Source: a virus | Taxonomy: Duplodnaviria; Caudoviricetes | DNA: 58,542 nt | Virus record (IMG/VR): IMGVR_UViG_3300036768_001555 | Coordinates: 1 to 58,542 of that record | Strand: one strand, 5' to 3' | Shown here: piece by piece, positions 51,929 through 58,542 of the stretch | How positions within the stretch are numbered: the stretch's first letter is position 1 | How the letters are laid out: each line of letters opens with the position of its first letter | The notes under the pieces: generated by a model | The model's database searches: none | Told to the model about the DNA's origin: nothing | Seen by the model: the letters and a program-made list of their open reading frames with translations, nothing else | Translations under genes and position numbers: made by a program

Positions 51929-52426
51929 ATGCAGCGCATTGAGCATCCAGAAGGCGAAGGGGTGCTGGTTCGCACCTACAATTGGAGCGTGATCATTCCG
52001 CTCTTAACGCACTTCTACCCAGGGGTATTTTCTGGTCTGCGCACGGTGCATCGGACGATAGAGCATCTCCTAGAGAGTTCTCTGCGCTTGGAGAAGTGGC
52101 AAGAGGTGCATGCCTTGCTCGTCTTGGGGCAGCGCAAGCAGGCGGAGCAGCTCATGGCGCTCCTGCGCGCGGAGCGGAACGGCGCGGAGGCGAACATCGA
52201 GCCGAACGCGCCGTTGGAAAACGACGTCATGGAGCTGACACCGGATCAGCTTAGGATGTACATCGAGGGGATCACAGAGCTGATGAAGCTCAATCCCCTG
52301 GTGGATCAGCGGAAGGTAAGCCGCCCGAAGCTGTTTGAGGTCTACTGGGAGCAGGACTGGCAGGGGATACTCCGCGAGGCCGAGCGGCATGGGCTGCTCA
52401 TGCCTCATGCTCAGCCGAGGGTGTGA
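51929..52426 (+). CDS. Probable second tail chaperone segment (gpT-like)
   Basis: Follows the chaperone in the same frame; contains DVMELTPDQL..Y, a gpT-like motif. Confidence 0.55.
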   Translation: MQRIEHPEGEGVLVRTYNWSVIIPLLTHFYPGVFSGLRTVHRTIEHLLESSLRLEKWQEVHALLVLGQRKQAEQLMALLRAERNGAEANIEPNAPLENDVMELTPDQLRMYIEGITELMKLNPLVDQRKVSRPKLFEVYWEQDWQGILREAERHGLLMPHAQPRV

Positions 52427-52427
52427 C

Positions 52428-53042
52428 ATGGCGACCGTCGCGTACTGGGAAGAATACCATGAGCGGCACTGGGGGCCACGGGGCGGGCCGGAGCAGAGCC
52501 GGTACTTCGCCTCACTGATCCTCTCACACCTGCCGGAGCGTATCCGTGGGGAGATGCAGCGATGCGCGACGGTATGCGACTTCGGCTGTGCGCAAGGGGA
52601 CGGCACGGCAGTCTTCGCCTCAGCCTGTTCCAATGCTCGCGTCACGGGGATAGACTTCGCTGCGAACGCCATTGCCAAGGCAAAGGAGAAATTTCCCGAC
52701 ATTGAGTTTCTCTGCGCGAGCGTGCCTGACCATGCCTACGATGTGGTCATCTCCTCGAACGTGCTGGAGCACTATTCCGACTGGCAAGGAGTGCTTCGAA
52801 CGCTCATGGCGAGCGCGCGCAGGTTTATCATCCTGCTCGTGCCCTACCGCGAGCAGTATCCCCTGTGCGAGGATCATCGCGCAACGTTCGATGAGTTTAC
52901 ATTCCCCGACATCGTCCAGACCGTTCCCTCCGTGGAGCAGTATCGTTCGGAGAGATGGAGGCTCGCATTCCAGAAGATCATCCCCACAGAGCGGTTCTGG
53001 GATGGGGCGCAGCTGCTTGTAGTATACGAGCGAGAAGCATGA
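52428..53042 (+). CDS. Class I SAM-dependent methyltransferase
   Basis: VCDFGCAQGDG, VTGIDFA, YDVVISSNVLEH, ILLVP. Confidence 0.9.
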   Translation: MATVAYWEEYHERHWGPRGGPEQSRYFASLILSHLPERIRGEMQRCATVCDFGCAQGDGTAVFASACSNARVTGIDFAANAIAKAKEKFPDIEFLCASVPDHAYDVVISSNVLEHYSDWQGVLRTLMASARRFIILLVPYREQYPLCEDHRATFDEFTFPDIVQTVPSVEQYRSERWRLAFQKIIPTERFWDGAQLLVVYEREA

Positions 53043-53977
53043 CCATCACGATCTTTTCCGGCGTAAGCTATGCGAGGATGGTGCAGCGTCCAACGATGCT
53101 CGCGCGGGCGCTGGCGCGCTTAGGACATCGCGTGACGTATGTCACGCCAGAGAGCAGAGAGCACGGGATGAGTGACCTTGATGGGGCGATCGCGATCCAG
53201 AAACTCGTTCCGCGCGAGCAGGACATCTTGTGGGTCTTCTCCGGTTGGGCTGCCTCAATCATCTCGCGGGTGCGCTACGCCGCCCTGGTGCTCGATGTGC
53301 TCGATGATGAGTCCGTCATGGGGTGCCCCACGGGGAGTACGCGGTTCGTCGCGGATCATGCGGATTGCATCTTCGCCGTGAGTGTGCCGCTGTATGAGCA
53401 GTTCCGCGCGAGGTATGAGCATGTCTTCCTGCTCCCCAATGCGTTCGAGAGCGATTGGGCGAGCCTTGGCAGCGATGCCTCGCGTCGCGATGCCGCGATC
53501 TACGCTGGGGCTTGGCCTGCTCCGTGGTTGACAACAAAAGCGTTGGACAACGCTTCTGTTGCGACCGAGGTCTGGATCGCTGGGGGACATGGATTTCTCC
53601 CAGGATATGCTATAACAAACAGGCCACGGATCATGCACCTGGGCGAGGTGCCGTATGCGCAGCTTCCAGGGGTGCTCAAGGGGGCGAAGGTAGGGCTGAT
53701 CCCCTTTCGGGACTGTGCAGCGAGCCGATATGCTGACCCCATCAAGTTCTACCAATACCTTGGGTGTGGCCTGGCGGTGCTCGTGACTCCCTACGTGCCG
53801 GTGCCGTTTGTGCACCCCCAGGTGCACGTGGCTCGTGAGGACGACTGGGCAGAGGCCGTGCGTGCGGCCATTGCGAATCACGATCCTGACGCCTGCCGCG
53901 AGGCGGTGCGCGCGCACACGTGGGAGCATCGCTCGCTACAGATCACGGAAGCATTTACAAAAGTGGGTATTCTATGA
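53039..53977 (+). CDS. GT-B glycosyltransferase (GT4/TuaH-like)
   Basis: QRP..LARALARLGHRV, ADCIFAVS..L, LLPNA, LGEVPY..LP, VGLIPF, DPIKFYQYL..GL.V, HTWE.R. Confidence 0.88.
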   Translation: MTITIFSGVSYARMVQRPTMLARALARLGHRVTYVTPESREHGMSDLDGAIAIQKLVPREQDILWVFSGWAASIISRVRYAALVLDVLDDESVMGCPTGSTRFVADHADCIFAVSVPLYEQFRARYEHVFLLPNAFESDWASLGSDASRRDAAIYAGAWPAPWLTTKALDNASVATEVWIAGGHGFLPGYAITNRPRIMHLGEVPYAQLPGVLKGAKVGLIPFRDCAASRYADPIKFYQYLGCGLAVLVTPYVPVPFVHPQVHVAREDDWAEAVRAAIANHDPDACREAVRAHTWEHRSLQITEAFTKVGIL

Positions 53978-55044
53978 AGATTCTCTTTGTCGCGAACGTC
54001 CCTAGCGATTGCTTGGTGGGGGTGGCTCCAGTCAGCGGTGGGGAGCGCCAGTTGCTGGGACTGCTCGAAGCACTCCGCGCTCAAGGTCATGACGTTGAAC
54101 TGGTGAACGTCTTTCACGAGGCATTGCCATTCGACAGACTTGAAGACTATGACGTGGTGCACATCTTCGGATCGGCGGCCCCCAAGGGAGTTCTTCTCAC
54201 TTGCGTCGAGGCCATCCAACGCTTCTATATGAAGCCGGTCTTCTTTACGCCGGTATGGTGGCCCAAGGACGAAGTCGTTCTGGAAGCGCAGCGGCTGTCC
54301 ACGGAGCAGACTAGGGTCTATGTGGTAGACGACATCGGTGACACATACGCGCTCGCGGAACTCTGCCGCAAGGCGTTTCTCCTGCCAAGCTCGCACGCGG
54401 AGTACGGGCAGATCAAGAAGCACCTGCTGCTGGGGAAGGATCGTCCCTATGCGGTTTTGCGCAATGCCGTGGACGTGCGCGAGCTTGAGGAGCTGACCCC
54501 GACGATCTTGGTGACGACAGACTATATCCTCTGCGTAGGCAGGATTGAGCTTCGCAAGAACCAGCACAATCTCGTGCGCGCAGTGCAGCTCCTGCGGGAG
54601 CGCGGGCGACAGATCGGGCTTGTTCTGCTCGGTGCAGCTGACGAGGCGTATGTGAAGCTCTGGTGGGAGAAGGAGACGATGGGGAAGTTTGTGCAGTTTC
54701 TTCCGCACAGCTCTCCACTGGTCGTCTATGCGTTGATGAAGGGCTGTCGGGTGTACGCGCAGCCGAGCTTCTACGAGACGCCAGGCTTGGCGTCGCTGGA
54801 GGCAGCGGCGCTGGGATGCCCTCTGGTCGTAGGAAGCCTCGGTGCGGAGAGGGAATACTTCGACGATATGGCCTACTATTGCGATCCGCGCTCGCCGGAG
54901 AACATTGCTGACGCCTTGGAGCAGGCGCTCACTGGCGGGGCGAACCCATTGCTCCGTGCTATCGTCCGTGAAAAGTATACGTACTTGCAGGCAGCTGAGG
55001 ATGCTCTAGCACAATATACTCAATCTCTTCAGGGGGTCGTATGA
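53974..55044 (+). CDS. GT4 glycosyltransferase
   Basis: MKILFV..SGGE, YDVVHIF, NAVD, VGRIELRKNQ, PSFYETPGLASLEAAALGCP. Confidence 0.92.
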   Translation: MKILFVANVPSDCLVGVAPVSGGERQLLGLLEALRAQGHDVELVNVFHEALPFDRLEDYDVVHIFGSAAPKGVLLTCVEAIQRFYMKPVFFTPVWWPKDEVVLEAQRLSTEQTRVYVVDDIGDTYALAELCRKAFLLPSSHAEYGQIKKHLLLGKDRPYAVLRNAVDVRELEELTPTILVTTDYILCVGRIELRKNQHNLVRAVQLLRERGRQIGLVLLGAADEAYVKLWWEKETMGKFVQFLPHSSPLVVYALMKGCRVYAQPSFYETPGLASLEAAALGCPLVVGSLGAEREYFDDMAYYCDPRSPENIADALEQALTGGANPLLRAIVREKYTYLQAAEDALAQYTQSLQGVV

Positions 55045-55715
55045 GCTTCATCCACGCTTCGCTCCTCACGCATGATCACGAGCGTTTGTTGCAGAATGAA
55101 CTGGCGATTCTCGATGGCCTTTCAGAGACGCACAAGGTTGTGCTCCCTGGGTCGTTCGCGATGGTGTCTTCCGCGTGGGCACTCCACGAGCTTGTGCCGG
55201 AACCGCATGAGAGCTTGACCGTCCTCGAAGTAGGGTCACCGGCTTCGCTGTTGGCACTGGCGCTTGCGGACAGGGGGGACAGGGTCGCCGTCGTGAACGA
55301 AAAGTTTCATGGTGAGTTTCTCTCAGCAGCTACACAGAAGGAGATCACCGTCTTCCCCAGGCCGATCTCCGTCCCGTGGTCAAAGTTCTTTCGCGAGATC
55401 GCTGACGCGGTCGTCTGCTTCAATATAGACGACTTGGTGACGTCAGAGATGCCCCTGTATCAGGTTATGCAGCATCTGCTTGTGCCTGTTCGATCTGGAG
55501 GCAGGCTGCTTGCAACAGCGAAGGTGTGCCTCGCGCCTGATGCGATGGTCGGCTTTGAGGTAGATGAGCTTGAGGGCGCCTTAGAGTATGTTGCGGGAGT
55601 AGTAGACGCGAGCGGGATGAGGCAAATGGTAGATACCTGCGGCTTGAAGGCCGAGAACTGCTGGCGTGCACAGGAAGGGTTCGGCTGTGCCTTGATCAGG
55701 GTATATAAACCGTAG
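55041..55715 (+). CDS. Degenerate methyltransferase-fold protein
   Basis: VLEVGS...LA.RG.RVAVVN, ADAVVC, VRSGGRLL. Confidence 0.5.
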   Translation: MSFIHASLLTHDHERLLQNELAILDGLSETHKVVLPGSFAMVSSAWALHELVPEPHESLTVLEVGSPASLLALALADRGDRVAVVNEKFHGEFLSAATQKEITVFPRPISVPWSKFFREIADAVVCFNIDDLVTSEMPLYQVMQHLLVPVRSGGRLLATAKVCLAPDAMVGFEVDELEGALEYVAGVVDASGMRQMVDTCGLKAENCWRAQEGFGCALIRVYKP

Positions 55716-55740
55716 CGGACACTTGTCCGCGTTGTGAGTA

Positions 55741-55789
55741 GACATGCATCACCACGTTTCCAAAATTTGGAAACGTGGTGATGCATGTC
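55741..55789. repeat. Perfect 24-bp inverted repeat with 1-nt centre (49-bp palindrome)
   Basis: GACATGCATCACCACGTTTCCAAA-A-TTTGGAAACGTGGTGATGCATGTC. Confidence 0.95.
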
Positions 55790-55819
55790 CGTGTTGCTGG
55801 TGGACAAGGGGGATGAGTC

Positions 55820-56251
55820 ATGCGAACAGTGCGTTGGGCAACGGCTGTGATCCTCGCGCTCTATGGCGCGATTGCGCTCTTTGGGCTGGGGCAATTCCCG
55901 CCAGGGACGCCTCAGGTCACTCAGTGTCGGTTGTTCAGTACCGACTATGAGCGGTCTTTAGACGATGTGCACTTGAGCACATCTTCGTACTTCGTCAAGA
56001 TTGGGGCCAAGCCGGTGTTGCTTCACTTGGAGTTCACTGCCTATGCAGTGGCAGGCCTCAAGCCGGAGCATGCTTTGGTTACGGTACAGAGTCGCATTGG
56101 CTCTGGTTCAGTCTCTGGTCGTCCGGCGTTAGTGGGCCAAGATCGCTATGCCATAGACCTTCCATTGACGGGGCTTTCTCAGCCATACTACACACTGATC
56201 TCGTTCCGCTCCAAGGGCGTGTGGTGGGAGTTTTCTCCCAAATGCGAGTGA
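55820..56251 (+). CDS. Secreted or membrane-anchored hypothetical protein
   Basis: GGGGG RBS; N-terminal hydrophobic helix. Confidence 0.6.
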   Translation: MRTVRWATAVILALYGAIALFGLGQFPPGTPQVTQCRLFSTDYERSLDDVHLSTSSYFVKIGAKPVLLHLEFTAYAVAGLKPEHALVTVQSRIGSGSVSGRPALVGQDRYAIDLPLTGLSQPYYTLISFRSKGVWWEFSPKCE

Positions 56252-56254
56252 GCC

Positions 56255-57199
56255 ATGAGATGGGTGCTGCTGACAGCGAGCGTCACGGCGTTGGCCGCGC
56301 TGGGGATCATCCACGATGATCTTGTGGCGTGGGAGTTTCGAGATCGGCTAGGAACGATCTGGCTTCAGCGGTTGCAAGCGCCGCCACTGGCAGGAGATGA
56401 ACTTTGCGAAGATGTGCCCAGGATAGACTATGAGCGTGTCAGCTGGCTCCCGTTGCCAGAGGGACAGACAAGCTCCGAAGAAGCTATGCCTCTGGAAGAG
56501 CTTTTTCGCGTGGGCGAGCGGAGCGTACGGCCATTGCACATCTGGGGTGTGTACACAGATATAGGGTGCAAGGAGCCTCTCGGATGGGGCACCGCAGCGC
56601 TCGTTGGCATCTACAAAGGCGCATATATCTGGCAAACTGTGGAGCATAATGTCAAAACTTCAAAGTATTTCAGTGGCATCTTCGGGCGCGAAGTGGCCAC
56701 GAACTGGTTTGTCCAAGACGCTGATGGGAACTTCAGAGAGCTGTTTCTCGTGGGGTGCAAAGATGACAAGTTCTGCATCCTTGTCAGCTCATACATCTCT
56801 GGGGCGTTTCCATTCACGCTGGAGACGGATCGGATCACGAACGACGTGCAGCTTTTTGAGAAGACTTACCTATACGGATGCTCGCTCACAGCGAAGGCCG
56901 TCCGCAGGTATGAGCACTACAAGGTGATGTTCTTTTGTCTAGGTAACGTGGGACAGGTGCACTCGCGCGACCGGATCGAGGCGCTTGATGGCGGGGACGT
57001 CTTGGTCTCGAATCCAGCCATGCCAGGGTTTTCCGGCTCGCCGGTGTTTGTGTTTCGCGACGGGAAGCCACATCTCGTGGGAACGGTGAACGCTGGCGTC
57101 GAGGGCGTCTTTACTGCTGTGAACTTCGTGGCTCCTGATGCTGTCGAGAAAGTGCAAGCGTGGCTTGCCCAAGGAGAAAGCCTATGGTCGGCACCATGA
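56255..57199 (+). CDS. Trypsin-like (S1) serine protease with N-terminal hydrophobic segment
   Basis: GWGTA, QTVEHNV (His), DDKFCIL (candidate Asp), PGFSGSPVF...LVG (Ser). Confidence 0.78.
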   Translation: MRWVLLTASVTALAALGIIHDDLVAWEFRDRLGTIWLQRLQAPPLAGDELCEDVPRIDYERVSWLPLPEGQTSSEEAMPLEELFRVGERSVRPLHIWGVYTDIGCKEPLGWGTAALVGIYKGAYIWQTVEHNVKTSKYFSGIFGREVATNWFVQDADGNFRELFLVGCKDDKFCILVSSYISGAFPFTLETDRITNDVQLFEKTYLYGCSLTAKAVRRYEHYKVMFFCLGNVGQVHSRDRIEALDGGDVLVSNPAMPGFSGSPVFVFRDGKPHLVGTVNAGVEGVFTAVNFVAPDAVEKVQAWLAQGESLWSAP

Positions 57200-57429
57200 T
57201 TCCTTTCATCAATGAGCTGATACGTCCGGCTTCGACGACGTCGCATTTCTCCATCTGTCCGTGGTGCTTGAGCTGGCCGTGCAAGTGCCGAACATCTTCC
57301 CCTGCATTCCCCGCATCGCCGCCGTTGCTGATGGGATGGCGATGTCCCGTGTGTGGGCGTGTTTACTCTCCGTTTGTGATGGAGTGTCTGAACTGCAACC
57401 GACATGGCTCTGAATCTTCAGCTAGCTGA
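57184..57429 (+). CDS. Small Zn-finger protein
   Basis: CPWC..C.C and GWRCPVCGRVYSP....C..C. Confidence 0.65.
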   Translation: MVGTMIPFINELIRPASTTSHFSICPWCLSWPCKCRTSSPAFPASPPLLMGWRCPVCGRVYSPFVMECLNCNRHGSESSAS

Positions 57430-58542
57430 GGCATACGTTCAGATCACGGCGCGGAATGAGCAGTTCCGCGCAGCGCTCGCGGAGACGCAGCGCGAAACCG
57501 ATCGTGCGGTGCGCAGCATCCAAGACCGATTGGAAGCAGTCAAACGCACGGGGAGCGACTTATTCAGGCCGCTTGTTGCAGGCATCTTCGGTGCGGGCGG
57601 CGTGATCGCTGGGGTGCGCGCTGCGACGAAGGCGTTCTCTGAGTACGAGGACGCGGTCATCTCCCTCAGCAACAGGCTCAACAAGCCGGTAGACCAGATC
57701 AAGGATGTGACGGATGCCCTGGATGATCTGGCGCGCCGCCTGCCGATGACTCGCGAGCAGATGCTCAAGATCGCTGAGATTGGTGTGACGTTCGGCGAGA
57801 CCTCAGCGGCGGGTCTGGCGCGTTTCGTAGAGACGGTCGAGAAATTTTCCAAGACGACCGGCGTCGCTGCCGAAGAGGGAGCCACGGCGCTCGGCCGATT
57901 GGCACGGGCATTCAACATCCCCCTGGCGGAAGTGGACAAGCTTGCCTCAGCGATCAATGGAATCGCTAACCAGTTCCCCGTAGACCTCAATGTGATGATA
58001 ACGGGGATGCAGCGGTTCTCTGCAGCAGCGCAAGCTCTGGGGCTGCCTGTGGATAAAGTGCTCGCGCTCTCAGGGGCGTTGGCATCAACAGGGGCGCAGG
58101 CACAACGGCTCCTGCCTGCTGTTGCTGCGCTGCTTGATGACATTGCGATCAAGGCCGAAGATATGGCGGCGGCCATCGGCATCTCGCTCGATGAGTTCAC
58201 ACGCCGCCTCAAGGAAGACCCCATCGAGTTTCTCGCGCAGATTGCGCCGCTCGTGGAGGGAAACACTGAGGCACTGAAGCTCTTCGGTGACCAAGGGGTC
58301 AGGGTCTTGCGCGAGTTGGCAGCGTCGCATGATCTCTATGGCAGAGCGGTCAAGATCGTCAATGAGGAGCTGAAGACCGGTCAGGCGCTCCAAGAGGATT
58401 ACGCGAAGATCGCAGCTTCGACGTCGTCTCAGATGACGATCTTCGGGAACAAGCTGCGCATCCTGTGGCAGACCGTAGGGCAGCAGGTTGCTCCAGCGTT
58501 CACGGCGGCGCTGGGGGCGCTCACGCCGTTTGTGGATGAGCT
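57404..58542 (+). CDS. 5' end of the tape measure protein gene (variant allele; runs off the window and continues at 1077 on the circle)
   Basis: ATG at 57404 gives MALNLQLAEAYVQITARNEQFRAALAETQRETDRAVRSIQD..., a typical TMP N-terminus colinear with position 1 onward. Confidence 0.92.
   Translation, partial: MALNLQLAEAYVQITARNEQFRAALAETQRETDRAVRSIQDRLEAVKRTGSDLFRPLVAGIFGAGGVIAGVRAATKAFSEYEDAVISLSNRLNKPVDQIKDVTDALDDLARRLPMTREQMLKIAEIGVTFGETSAAGLARFVETVEKFSKTTGVAAEEGATALGRLARAFNIPLAEVDKLASAINGIANQFPVDLNVMITGMQRFSAAAQALGLPVDKVLALSGALASTGAQAQRLLPAVAALLDDIAIKAEDMAAAIGISLDEFTRRLKEDPIEFLAQIAPLVEGNTEALKLFGDQGVRVLRELAASHDLYGRAVKIVNEELKTGQALQEDYAKIAASTSSQMTIFGNKLRILWQTVGQQVAPAFTAALGALTPFVDE
57467..58542 (+). 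repeat. Imperfect terminal direct repeat, copy 2 (matches 1-1076)
   Basis: See copy 1; offset 57,466 bp. Confidence 0.95.

Noticed and set aside
52428-53042. DNA methyltransferase or restriction-modification component
   Set aside because: It lacks DPPY/NPPY or PC motifs; the pattern fits small-molecule or glycan methyltransferases.
55744-55950. ORFs starting MHHHVSK on both strands
   Set aside because: An artefact of the perfect palindrome at 55741-55789.

Overview
Apparently complete, circularly permuted genome of a tailed dsDNA bacteriophage of siphovirus type (unit length about 57,466 bp). Positions 1-1076 recur at 57467-58542 as a diverged allele that ends in a 101-bp exact overlap. Recognisable modules: packaging and head (terS, terL, DUF1073-type portal, MuF, DUF2213 protease/scaffold, decoration protein, DUF2184-type capsid); neck and tail (tube, a tube paralog fused to LamG, chaperones); a methyl-/glycosyltransferase cluster and a trypsin-like protease inserted just before the tape measure gene; a membrane/holin/PKD cluster; one tRNA(CAU); ClpP-like protease; metallophosphoesterase; tail tip; RusA; two receptor-binding proteins; a divergent early region with consensus sigma70 promoters; and a lambdoid-style initiator plus DnaC-like loader with an iteron origin. 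I recognised no integrase, protelomerase, DNA polymerase or endolysin. The standout is a roughly 5,280-aa tape measure protein with an internal block of enzyme-like domains: an R-S-E ADP-ribosyltransferase, an HhH DNA-glycosylase-like domain, a SAM-lyase/PII-like pair and an HExxH metallopeptidase. These are arranged as cassettes bounded by repeated lambda-gpH-like 'GG' modules and a duplicated ~120-aa linker domain, which suggests a processed, injected effector polyprotein. All family assignments come from motif recognition by eye; no database search was run.
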